Source of the DNA: Minisyncoccia bacterium
GTDB taxonomy: Bacteria; Patescibacteriota; Minisyncoccia; Phycocordibacterales; Zambryskibacteraceae
DNA length: 64,000 nt
Assembly: GCA_049651785.1 (NCBI GenBank)
Contig: JBASCT010000022.1
Coordinates: 44 to 64,043 of the forward strand
Direction of reading: 5' to 3'
Shown here: piece after piece, positions 53,925 to 61,999 of the stretch
Layout of the letters: the number at the start of each line of letters is the position of its first letter
Position numbering within the stretch: the stretch's first letter is position 1
The notes under the pieces: model-generated
The model's database searches: none
What the model was told of the DNA's origin: nothing
The model's input: the letters and a program-made list of their open reading frames with translations, nothing else
Made by a program: the position numbers and the translations under genes

Positions 53925-54473
53925 ATGTTTTTTACCGGTAAGGGTGATAAGGGTACCACGAAGTTTTTCGGCACGGATGCCAGGCGTGTTTCGAAAAGCT
54001 CGAATGTGGCGGAAGCGCTCGGGAGTTTAGACGAGCTCAATTCTCTTCTCGGGCTTGTAAAGGTGAAATGTCTTGAGAAAAAGACCGAGGTTTATGACAA
54101 CTTGGCTGAGACGGTAGAAAACGTTCAGGAAAATATTTTTATCATCTCGGCCAATATCGCTGGGGCGAACAAAAATATCACGGAGGAGAAAGTGAAGGAA
54201 ATGGAGGAGATTATCCGCCAGTGCGAAAAGACTCTGCCGCCGATAAAAACTTTTACCGTTGCCGGCGGCACGGAGCTCTCGGCACTCTTTGATTTCGCCA
54301 GAACCCTGGCGCGCCGGGCCGAGAGGCGAGTGGTCTCAGTCAATGAAGAGCTTCCTATCGCGCCACCCGAAATTCTGAAGTATATGAATCGACTCTCAAG
54401 TCTTCTTTTTGCCCTCGCTCGACTCTCGAATCACCTTTCTGGTATAAAAGAGCGCGCTCCGCGATATACTTAA
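53925..54473 (+). CDS. ATP:cob(I)alamin adenosyltransferase, PduO type
   Basis: 182 aa; N-terminus TGKGDKGTTKFFGTDARRVSKSSNVAEALGSLDELNSLLG matches the PduO/MMAB family signature. Confidence 0.8.
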   Translation: MFFTGKGDKGTTKFFGTDARRVSKSSNVAEALGSLDELNSLLGLVKVKCLEKKTEVYDNLAETVENVQENIFIISANIAGANKNITEEKVKEMEEIIRQCEKTLPPIKTFTVAGGTELSALFDFARTLARRAERRVVSVNEELPIAPPEILKYMNRLSSLLFALARLSNHLSGIKERAPRYT

Positions 54474-54487
54474 AACGGAGAATTAAT

Positions 54488-54560
54488 GGCGGCTATAGTT
54501 TAGTGGTAGAACTCCAGCTTGTGGAGCTGGTCGCGAGAGTTCGATTCTCTCTAGCCGCCC
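54488..54560 (+). tRNA. tRNA-His (anticodon GUG) with genomically encoded G-1
   Basis: Manual fold G(-1)-GCGGCTA-TA-GTTT-AGTGGTA-GAAC-T-CCAGC-TTGTGGA-GCTGG-TCGCG-AGAGT-TCGATTC-TCTCT-AGCCGCC-C; G-1 pairs with discriminator C. Confidence 0.8.
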
Positions 54561-54570
54561 AAGATACAAA

Positions 54571-54600
54571 AATGTCTGTTCTTACGACAGGCATTTTTGT
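54571..54600 (+). terminator. Terminator hairpin AATGTCTGT-TCTTACG-ACAGGCATT + TTTTGTT after tRNA-His
   Basis: Direct reading. Confidence 0.6.
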
Positions 54601-54617
54601 TATCTTTGTCTTGTTTA

Positions 54618-54635
54618 GGAGAGAGAATCGAACTC
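54618..54635. repeat. Inverted partial copy of the tRNA-His T-arm (GGAGAGAGAATCGAACTC)
   Basis: Reverse complement GAGTTCGATTCTCTCTCC matches tRNA-His 54536-54552 at 16/17 positions. Confidence 0.6.
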
Positions 54636-54687
54636 GGGAAGGGGGTCGGGGAAACTCTAGTTTCCCCGTGGAGGAAGGCAGGGCGAT

Positions 54688-54703
54688 CTGCCTGCGCAGG
54701 CAG
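54688..54703. repeat. Perfect 16-nt GC palindrome CTGCCTGCGCAGGCAG
   Basis: Direct reading. Confidence 0.7.
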
Positions 54704-54752
54704 GAGCCCGTCGGAAAACCGAGGGTTTCCGAGGAGTGAGATAGCGGAGCGT

Positions 54753-54767
54753 CTCTCTAGCCGCCCA
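54753..54767. repeat. Direct repeat of the tRNA-His 3' end (CTCTCTAGCCGCCCA), about 190 bp downstream of the gene
   Basis: Identical 15-mer to 54547-54561. Confidence 0.7.
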
Positions 54768-54837
54768 CGTCAAACGTGGCCTTGCCCGTGCAGACGTGTC
54801 CCGTTCGACGGGACCCGTCAATCTATATATTATTTAA

Positions 54838-54860
54838 GTAGCGACGTCAGACGTCGCTAC
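54838..54860 (+). promoter_or_regulatory. Perfect 11-bp-arm hairpin GTAGCGACGTC-A-GACGTCGCTAC ending 4 nt before the GIY-YIG start codon
   Basis: Direct reading; preceded by two more palindromes (CCACGTCAAACGTGG 54768-54782; GTCCCGTTCGACGGGAC 54798-54814). Confidence 0.55.
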
Positions 54861-54863
54861 GAG

Positions 54864-55130
54864 ATGCAACACTTCTACATTTACGTATTATTAAGTCGTA
54901 GGGATAAAAAACTTTATATTGGCTATACCAATAATCTAAAAAGACGGCTGACAGAACACGCAAACGGGGAAGTGAAATCAACCAAAAACCGCAGACCACT
55001 AAGACTCATTCATTATGAATATTTTATTGATGAAAGAGATGCTAAATCGCGAGAGATATTTTTAAAAAGTGGGGCAGGACACAAGCAACTTAAAGATAAG
55101 TTAAAACAAACTTTCACTAACCTATCCTGA
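54864..55130 (+). CDS. Stand-alone GIY-YIG nuclease domain protein
   Basis: 88 aa; FYIYVLLSRRDKKLYIGYTNNLKRRLTEH...N has the GIY/YIG, Arg and Glu/Asn catalytic positions. The track's longer 54597 start runs through the hairpin array and is rejected. Confidence 0.7.
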   Translation: MQHFYIYVLLSRRDKKLYIGYTNNLKRRLTEHANGEVKSTKNRRPLRLIHYEYFIDERDAKSREIFLKSGAGHKQLKDKLKQTFTNLS

Positions 55131-55397
55131 CCGTCGAATTTTATTGATTTGACAAGATAGGTAAATAAGTAGATAACGATAGAGGTAGTTCGTTGACTGT
55201 GCTACTTCCTCCTCGGATTAGAGGGCAATATCTTTAGGGCAAATTAGCCCAAAAGGAACAAAATAATGAGCGCACAATTCGCAATCGCGGAGGTTTTACC
55301 GGGCAAATTGAACGCGCTGGTGAAAAACATCATGAGTCCGACTTGAGAAGCTGACCCAAATAAGGCTGTCCGACTTGTCAACTCAGGCGAGTGGATA

Positions 55398-55916
55398 GTG
55401 GTTTCAAAACCAGCGCGCCCGTGGCGTGATGAAGGGGGTATTCTCTACTTCTCGGTCACGAGTAATGGAACAACTGGCGAGGAGTGGGTCGAACGACTCC
55501 AGAAGAAAGGTTTCCGATTAGGAGACTACGCGAAGAGAGCACTTCTTTCACCGGGCTTTAAGCCAACTTTTGGCATCACGATCGAAGTTGCTGTTCTCCA
55601 TGGCTTAATCTTCGAGGATGACAATCGGCTCACTCAAAAGATTCGCACATTTGCAGCCGAGCGTAAGCTCGAAGCTCCGAGCGCCGAGATTGCCTGTCTA
55701 ATTCGTGAGAAGTTCACGGACAAGGAAATCAAGGAGATGGGTCTGTGGTACATCGTTGCCATGCACGAACCCTTCGGCTTTGACGGCGACATGTTCTTGC
55801 TCGATGCAAACCGTGACGATGGTGGGCGATGGCTCGGCACCTCCTATGGCTGGTCTGACGACTCATGGGAATGGGACAGCGGGTTCGCGTTCGTCGTGTC
55901 GCAAACGAGTAGCTGA
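55398..55916 (+). CDS. Hypothetical cytoplasmic protein (GC-rich, GTG start)
   Basis: 172 aa; followed by a strong terminator. Confidence 0.45.
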   Translation: MVSKPARPWRDEGGILYFSVTSNGTTGEEWVERLQKKGFRLGDYAKRALLSPGFKPTFGITIEVAVLHGLIFEDDNRLTQKIRTFAAERKLEAPSAEIACLIREKFTDKEIKEMGLWYIVAMHEPFGFDGDMFLLDANRDDGGRWLGTSYGWSDDSWEWDSGFAFVVSQTSS

Positions 55917-55930
55917 AGACAGTTCCCTTC

Positions 55931-55960
55931 GGGCCCCGCAATCGTTGCGGGGCCCTTTTC
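55931..55960 (+). terminator. Rho-independent terminator GGGCCCCGCAA-TCG-TTGCGGGGCCC + TTTTC
   Basis: Direct reading. Confidence 0.8.
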
Positions 55961-56011
55961 TATAAACAAAGGTTCAAATGTTATACTTTTAGTGTGAAGT
56001 AATACGCATTA

Positions 56012-56746
56012 GTGATTTTCGATTTGGATGGTACCTTGGCACCATCTAAATCGCCGATGGAGCCGGATATGACCAGGCTCTTGGCAAAACTCCTTGAGAA
56101 AACGGGGGTGGTGGTAATTTCCGGCGGCTCTTGGAGCCAGTTTGAAAAACAGTTTCTTGCGAGCGCCAATTTCTCTTCGGGACAACTGGAGCGGCTGTTT
56201 CTTGCGCCCACAAGCGGTGCCAGTTTTTTTAGATTCGCGAATGGCAAGTGGCACAGAGTTTATGCCGAAGTTTTATCTCGAGAAGAGAAAAAAAGAATCT
56301 TTGAAGCTTTCGACTACGCTCTGCCGAAGGGAGGATACGTGCCGCCGAAAAATCCCCACGGTGAACTTATCGAAGACCGCGTGACACAAGTAAGTTTCTC
56401 CGCCTTGGGACAGCAAGCACCATTGGCGCTCAAAGAAAAATGGGACCCGGATAAAAAGAGACGCCTCAAAATTGTTCCGTTTCTTAAAGAAAAACTCCCA
56501 GACCTTGAGGTACGCATCGGCGGCACCACCACCATAGACATAACCAAAAAGGGTATCGACAAAGCCTACGGCATCCAGAAGATTTCCGAAGAACTCGGGC
56601 TTTCGATAGATAGAATGCTCTTCGTCGGCGACGCCCTCTTTGAAGGGGGCAATGACGAGGCGGCCAAAAAGACCGGTATAGACTGCCGGGCCGTCCGTGA
56701 CACGGCAGATACGAAGCAACTCATACGCGAACTCATTGGTCAATAG
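56012..56746 (+). CDS. HAD-superfamily subfamily IIB hydrolase (phosphomannomutase-like candidate)
   Basis: Motif I IFDLDGTLAPS, motif II VVVISGGS, C-terminal FVGDALFEGGNDEAA (motif IV). Confidence 0.65.
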   Translation: MIFDLDGTLAPSKSPMEPDMTRLLAKLLEKTGVVVISGGSWSQFEKQFLASANFSSGQLERLFLAPTSGASFFRFANGKWHRVYAEVLSREEKKRIFEAFDYALPKGGYVPPKNPHGELIEDRVTQVSFSALGQQAPLALKEKWDPDKKRRLKIVPFLKEKLPDLEVRIGGTTTIDITKKGIDKAYGIQKISEELGLSIDRMLFVGDALFEGGNDEAAKKTGIDCRAVRDTADTKQLIRELIGQ

Positions 56747-56768
56747 GAAGTGCTACAATATTGCCATC

Positions 56769-57119
56769 ATGAAAGAATTAAAACCTTTTACTGACAATCG
56801 CCCTTGGGGCTGGTTTCGGGACTTCATAGACAATAAGTCCTGCACGGTCAAAATCCTTTTTGTAAAGAAAGGCGAAGCTTTCAGCCTTCAGAAGCACCTA
56901 AGACGCGACGAATTCTGGCGAGTCTTGAAAGGGGAGCCGGAAATCACTCTGGGAGATAAAATCATTGAGGCCAAGCCGGGCGATGAGTTTGAAGTTTCAA
57001 GGAAAACCATTCACCGAATTTATTCGCCCAATACCGACTCGGAAATTTTAGAGATCTCAAGAGGTAAATTCGACGAGAACGATATAATTAGAATCGAAGA
57101 CAAGTATGGCCGCGCCTAA
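56769..57119 (+). CDS. Cupin-2 protein resembling the cupin domain of type II mannose-6-phosphate isomerases
   Basis: RPWGWF...FSLQKHLRRDEFWRVLKGEPEITLGD...GDEFEVSRKTIHRIYSP. Start placed at internal MKELK; the track start is at 56697. Confidence 0.6.
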   Translation: MKELKPFTDNRPWGWFRDFIDNKSCTVKILFVKKGEAFSLQKHLRRDEFWRVLKGEPEITLGDKIIEAKPGDEFEVSRKTIHRIYSPNTDSEILEISRGKFDENDIIRIEDKYGRA

Positions 57120-58269
57120 AAAGAAAATTAAGAAAAAAGTTTCCAAGAAAACCCGCCCGAATGACCGGAATCATTCGGTCGGGCGAGAACCCGCGAGAAA
57201 GGTTCTCAAAAGAGCGGTTACACGTCGGGTGAAGAGGTCGGGTCAATTAGCCCCAAGAATCCTCCGTAAGTCGGAAGGGAATCCCATCATCATGCCGATT
57301 ACTACCGATTCTTGGCAGTCGAAGGCCACCTTTAACCCCGCGGCGCTCTACCACGACGGCAAGGTTCATATTATTTATCGTGCGATAGGCGATTCGGACG
57401 AGTCAGTCTTGGGTTACGCCAAAAGTTCCGACGGGCTCTCGGTTGATTCTCGCTTCGGCCACCCCGTTTTTTCCCACACGCGGCCGCGTGAAAGCTCTGA
57501 GGCTTTACCAAAAATTTCTTATACCTCCGGGGGTGGCTGGGGCGGCGGCTCGGAGGACCCGCGCCTGACGCTAATAGACGACCAAGTCTACCTTATTTAC
57601 ACCGCCTTTGACGGTTGGGGTTCTGTAAGAATCGCCCTGTCTTCCATCACCCTCGATGATTTTATTTCAAACCGCTGGAAGTGGAAAAAGCCGGTTCTAA
57701 TCTCGCCCCCGAACGAGATAAACAAAAACTGGGTACTCTTTTCCGACAAGATTAACAACAGATTTGCCATTCTTCACAGTCTTTCGCCGGAAATTCTTGT
57801 TGATTACTTTAGCGATCTTGACGAACTTGACGGCAGCCGCTTCATAAAAAGCATCCACCAAGGCAGCCCTTCTTGGTACAAGCGCGACAAGGGGATTCGC
57901 GGCGTCGGTCCTACGCCCATCAAGACAAAGTACGGCTGGCTCGTTCTCTACCACGCCATGGAGGAAGGCAACCCCAACCACTACAAGCTCTGGGCCATGA
58001 TTCTTGATCTCAATAATCCCAAAAAGATTCTTTACCGCGGTGTTGAACCCGTTCTTGAGCCGGATCAATCGTACGAGAACGACGGCTTTAAGTCTGGCGT
58101 GGTCTACTCCTGCGGTGCCGTGGTCAAAGACGGGGAACTCTTTGTCTACTATGGCGGCGCTGACACGGTTTCCTGCGTTGCCACGGCCAATTTTGAAAAG
58201 TTTCTTGAAGAAGTGGTCTCGTCCAAGCCCGCGAGACTCACCAAGAGAAAAATAAAATCAAGAACATAA
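57106..58269 (+). CDS. Glycoside hydrolase family 130 (beta-mannoside phosphorylase-like) protein with Lys-rich N-terminal tail
   Basis: NPIIMPITTDSWQSKATFNPAALYHDGKVHIIYRAIGD...DPRLTLIDDQVYLIYTAFDGW...YYGGADTVSCVATAN is the GH130/DUF377 pattern. Confidence 0.8.
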   Translation: MAAPKKKIKKKVSKKTRPNDRNHSVGREPARKVLKRAVTRRVKRSGQLAPRILRKSEGNPIIMPITTDSWQSKATFNPAALYHDGKVHIIYRAIGDSDESVLGYAKSSDGLSVDSRFGHPVFSHTRPRESSEALPKISYTSGGGWGGGSEDPRLTLIDDQVYLIYTAFDGWGSVRIALSSITLDDFISNRWKWKKPVLISPPNEINKNWVLFSDKINNRFAILHSLSPEILVDYFSDLDELDGSRFIKSIHQGSPSWYKRDKGIRGVGPTPIKTKYGWLVLYHAMEEGNPNHYKLWAMILDLNNPKKILYRGVEPVLEPDQSYENDGFKSGVVYSCGAVVKDGELFVYYGGADTVSCVATANFEKFLEEVVSSKPARLTKRKIKSRT

Positions 58270-60186
58270 ATGTTCATCACCAAGCGCTCACACCACAATC
58301 CGATCCTGACACCGACCCAAGAACACTACTGGGAAGCGTTCGCCACCTTTAACATGTCTCCCATAAAGCACGGGAAGGCGACCTACGGCCTTTACCGCGC
58401 CATATCGTCGCGCGACTCGCTGAGGGTACCCGACAGAATCTCGACGATCGGGATTGCGAAAAGTACCGACGGCACCCATTTCAGCGATCGCAAAATTTTT
58501 ATTGAACCCTCGGAGGAATGGGATAAATTCGGATGCGAAGATCCCCGAGTGACCTACTTTGAAGGGAAGTTCTATATTTTCTACACGGCCATTTCCACTT
58601 TTCCCCCTTCTCCGGATGGCATCAGGGTAGCGGTTGCCATATCAAAGGATCTCAAACATGTGGATGAAAAGCATCTTATAACCCCATTTAATGCTAAGGC
58701 GATGGCTCTTTTCCCCGAGCGCATTAACGGAAAAATCACCGCAATTTTAAGCGCCCATACCGACAGTCCGCCGACCAAAATGTCTTTTGCCCAAGTCGAT
58801 AACATCGAGCAATTGTGGGACGAGAAATTTTGGAATTCTTGGCACTCGGAAATTAACAGCCATTCCATAGATCCGCGTCGGGGCGACAAGGATCAGGTGG
58901 AAGTCGGGGCGGTACCCCTTAAGACCAAATACGGCTGGTTACTTGTCTATTCGCATATCGAAGACTATTTTTCTGACAATAAGCGATTCGGGATTGAGGT
59001 CCTGCTTCTCGAGCTCGGCAATCCGCAGAAAATCGTCGGGCACACGAAGGGTCCGATTGTTGTGCCAGAAGAGCCGTACGAAACCTCCGGCCATATCGGC
59101 AACATCGTGTTTCCGTCGGGCGCGCTTGTTGATAAAGATCTCCTTACAATTTACTACGGCGCCTCGGATACCACCGTTTGTAAAATTCGCGTCAATCTCG
59201 AGGATTTAATTTCGAGTGTTTTTGTCGAGACGGAGGCTAGGTGGCACTTCAAGCGTCTGAAAAATAATCCGATTATCGTACCCAACCCGAATCATAAGTG
59301 GGAATCAAAGGCCACCTTTAACCCGGCCGCCATAGACCTTGGCGGCAAGGTCCACATTCTCTACCGCGCCCTCTCGGATGACAACACTTCTTCCATGGGC
59401 TATGCCATAAGCGAAGATGCCGCCTTTATTAGCGAGAAGTCGAATGAGCCGATCTATGTGCCGCGCGAAAATTTTGAGATTAAAAAAGTTGAAGGAGCAA
59501 ACTCCGGTTGCGAAGACCCGCGTCTTACGAAAATGGGTAAGGACATCTTCATGTGCTACACCGCCTTTGACGGTGTCGGCCCGCCGAGAGTCGCCGTCAC
59601 TTCAATCAAAGAAGCTGATTTTTTGGCGCGTAATTGGAAGTGGACCAAACCCAGACTGATTACTCCGGAAAATGTTGACGATAAGGATGCCTGCATTTTG
59701 CCGGAGAAGATTAAGGGTTCCTACCTCATTCTCCACAGAATCGGCACGGACATCTGTGCCGACTTTCTCAAGACGCTTGATTTCAAAACGGAGACTGTTA
59801 AGAAGTGCATCAGAATTTTCGGACCGCGACCGGGCGCTTGGGACGGCACCAAGGTGGGCATCGCCGCGCCGCCGGTAAAGACCAAAAAGGGCTGGCTCCT
59901 TATTTACCACGCGGTCTCCGAACATCACCACACCTACCGCATCGGAGCCGTGCTTCTGGATCTTAAAGACCCGACGGTGGTTCTCGCGCGCTCGACTGAT
60001 CCAATTTTTAGTCCGGAAGAAGAATTCGAAAAAATCGGTATCGTAAACGGTGTTGTTTTCCCCTGCGGCATGGTTGTGCGTGACGGTCTTCTCTATATTT
60101 ACTACGGTGGCGCCGACAGAGTAACGGGTGTGGCCACCATGGAAATCGACGTTCTTGTCAATGCTCTGACAAGAAATTTGTACTAA
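58270..60186 (+). CDS. Tandem double GH130-domain protein
   Basis: Two repeats of NPI(L/I)xP...(K/E)ATFN...YRA(I/L)S...CEDPR(V/L)T...YYG(A/G)(S/A)D across 638 aa. Confidence 0.8.
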   Translation: MFITKRSHHNPILTPTQEHYWEAFATFNMSPIKHGKATYGLYRAISSRDSLRVPDRISTIGIAKSTDGTHFSDRKIFIEPSEEWDKFGCEDPRVTYFEGKFYIFYTAISTFPPSPDGIRVAVAISKDLKHVDEKHLITPFNAKAMALFPERINGKITAILSAHTDSPPTKMSFAQVDNIEQLWDEKFWNSWHSEINSHSIDPRRGDKDQVEVGAVPLKTKYGWLLVYSHIEDYFSDNKRFGIEVLLLELGNPQKIVGHTKGPIVVPEEPYETSGHIGNIVFPSGALVDKDLLTIYYGASDTTVCKIRVNLEDLISSVFVETEARWHFKRLKNNPIIVPNPNHKWESKATFNPAAIDLGGKVHILYRALSDDNTSSMGYAISEDAAFISEKSNEPIYVPRENFEIKKVEGANSGCEDPRLTKMGKDIFMCYTAFDGVGPPRVAVTSIKEADFLARNWKWTKPRLITPENVDDKDACILPEKIKGSYLILHRIGTDICADFLKTLDFKTETVKKCIRIFGPRPGAWDGTKVGIAAPPVKTKKGWLLIYHAVSEHHHTYRIGAVLLDLKDPTVVLARSTDPIFSPEEEFEKIGIVNGVVFPCGMVVRDGLLYIYYGGADRVTGVATMEIDVLVNALTRNLY

Positions 60187-60219
60187 GTATAATGGTCTCC
60201 TTATGATAGGCTTAATCCA

Positions 60220-60882
60220 ATGATATTTCCGAACTGGGCTAAAAATATTTTGTTTCTTTTGGTTCTGATGATTTCAGGACTTCTTCTTATTATCATCATT
60301 GAGGGTTTGATTTCCGGCAACGAGCTTATTCCCCTCAATACCGCAATCGAGAGTGCCATAACTCGCATGAGAACTCCGCTTTGGACCAACTTTTTTGTCG
60401 CTGTTACCAAAATCGGCAACCCGTTTGTTCTAACTTTTGCCTCAGCCCTCATGGCCTTCTTCCTCATTCTCCGCGGACGGCTCTACGACGCCGCCCTTTT
60501 CGTTACGGCCCTTGTCATAGCGATAGTCTCCCTCGTAGTTCTCAAAGAAACTTTCCAGATTGCCCGCCCGGCTTCCGACCTTCTTGCGACCGAGGGTTGG
60601 AGCTTCCCTTCGGGGCACGTCGCGGTCGCCACCGCCTTCTTTTTCATGTTTGCATACTCGTTTTACGGCAAGATGAAGACAATCAGACACAAAACTATCC
60701 TAATTCTTTCCTCATTTACAGCGACGCTCCTCATCTCGCTCTCGCGACTTTATTTGGGCGCCCACTGGACGCTTGATGTCTTGGCGGGCATTGCCTTAGG
60801 GCTCTTGTCTGTAAGCTTCACCATCCTCGTCTTCAGTTTGTTTCTTGACGGCAGGCGCTCGTTTAGAGATAGGCTCGGCTAG
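60220..60882 (+). CDS. PAP2-family phosphatase (undecaprenyl-diphosphatase-like)
   Basis: KETFQIARP ... SFPSGH ... SRLYLGAHWTLDV (KxxxxxxRP / PSGH / SRxxxxxHxxxD). Confidence 0.8.
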   Translation: MIFPNWAKNILFLLVLMISGLLLIIIIEGLISGNELIPLNTAIESAITRMRTPLWTNFFVAVTKIGNPFVLTFASALMAFFLILRGRLYDAALFVTALVIAIVSLVVLKETFQIARPASDLLATEGWSFPSGHVAVATAFFFMFAYSFYGKMKTIRHKTILILSSFTATLLISLSRLYLGAHWTLDVLAGIALGLLSVSFTILVFSLFLDGRRSFRDRLG

Positions 60883-60934
60883 AAAGAGTCCAGGAGGTTG
60901 CGCGTCTCCTACTCTGTAATATAATTCAGTAATT

Positions 60935-61723
60935 ATGATGAACACAGAATCAACACAAAACGTTTTTAAGTGGGGGAAAATTGTACTTATAGTTTTAGCA
61001 GTATTTCTTGCCGCCGAGGCTCTGGGCTCTCTCAAGGGGCTTAAGGCCATTGATCCGGCCTATAACTCGATTTCCGTCTCGGGCGAAGGGGAAATAGTCG
61101 CACCGCCGGATGTTGCTGTCTTTTCTTTCTCGGTTTCAGCCGATGCCAAATCGGTTAGTGACGCTCAAGGCGAGGTAACCGAGAAAATGAACTCGATTCT
61201 TGATGGGCTTGAAACCATGGGTGTTGAAGAAAAAGATATCAAGACTACCGATTATTCCATCTGGCCGAAGTATAAGTACGAACCCCTTATTTGTACCACG
61301 ATGTATTGCCCCCCCTCGCGACAAGTTGAAGACGGTTATACCGTGACCCACAGTGTTTCCGTCAAAGTAAGAAAAACGGAACAAGCTGGCGAAGCGCTGG
61401 CTCTGGTCGGGGAGAAAGGGGCCACCAATCTATCTGGCATTTCTTTCGTGGTTGATGATCCAGATAAAATTCTTGAAGAAGCAAGAGCCATGGCTATTGC
61501 CGATGCCAAGGAAAAGGCGAAAGCTCTTTCCAAGGATCTTGGTGTTCGCCTGGTAAGGGTGGTCAGCTTCTATGACAACACTGGTGGCGGTATTCCATCT
61601 TACGGCGAGGCGATGGGTATGGGTGGCGACATGGTAAGGAATATCAAAGCTCCTGCTCCAACAATTCCTATGGGTGAGAACAAGATTACGGTTAACGTCA
61701 CAGTGGTCTACGAAATCAGATAA
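60935..61723 (+). CDS. SIMPL-domain (DUF541) exported protein
   Basis: 262 aa; signal anchor then the SIMPL fold signature (SVSGEGEIVAPPDVAVFSFSV...ITVNVTVVYEI). Confidence 0.75.
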   Translation: MMNTESTQNVFKWGKIVLIVLAVFLAAEALGSLKGLKAIDPAYNSISVSGEGEIVAPPDVAVFSFSVSADAKSVSDAQGEVTEKMNSILDGLETMGVEEKDIKTTDYSIWPKYKYEPLICTTMYCPPSRQVEDGYTVTHSVSVKVRKTEQAGEALALVGEKGATNLSGISFVVDDPDKILEEARAMAIADAKEKAKALSKDLGVRLVRVVSFYDNTGGGIPSYGEAMGMGGDMVRNIKAPAPTIPMGENKITVNVTVVYEIR

Positions 61724-61763
61724 TAGTTGACTCGCGGCGCGAACCTATAGTATTATCAAAAGG

Positions 61764-61783
61764 CACCCCCAGGGGTGTTTTTT
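61764..61783 (+). terminator. Terminator CACCCCC-A-GGGGTG + TTTTTT
   Basis: Direct reading; separates the SIMPL gene from secE-nusG-rplK. Confidence 0.6.
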
Positions 61784-61792
61784 GTAACAGCA

Positions 61793-61975
61793 ATGTCACG
61801 ACTAACAGACTATCTCAAAGAGACTCGCGAGGAGCTAAGACACGTCTCCTGGCCAACGAGGCGTCAGTCCATCGCCTTTACCGTGGGAGTCATTGCCATC
61901 TCCCTTCTGGCCGCCGCCTATCTCGGCTTTTTCGACTTTCTCTTTTCGCAGATTCTTAAAAAGTTCATTCTCTAG
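61793..61975 (+). CDS. secE: Preprotein translocase subunit SecE
   Basis: 60 aa; ETREELRHVSWPTRRQ then a single TM helix; immediately upstream of nusG. Start placed after the terminator T-run. Confidence 0.7.
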   Translation: MSRLTDYLKETREELRHVSWPTRRQSIAFTVGVIAISLLAAAYLGFFDFLFSQILKKFIL

Positions 61976-61999
61976 TTCGATAAGCTCACTATAAATAAA

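Noticed and set aside
54597-55130. Track ORF giving a 177-aa protein ending in the GIY-YIG domain
   Set aside because: The first 89 codons run through the palindrome array and the tRNA-His fragment repeat and are Arg/Ser/Pro-rich noise. The GIY-YIG domain begins at an internal ATG (54864) with upstream AT-rich signals.
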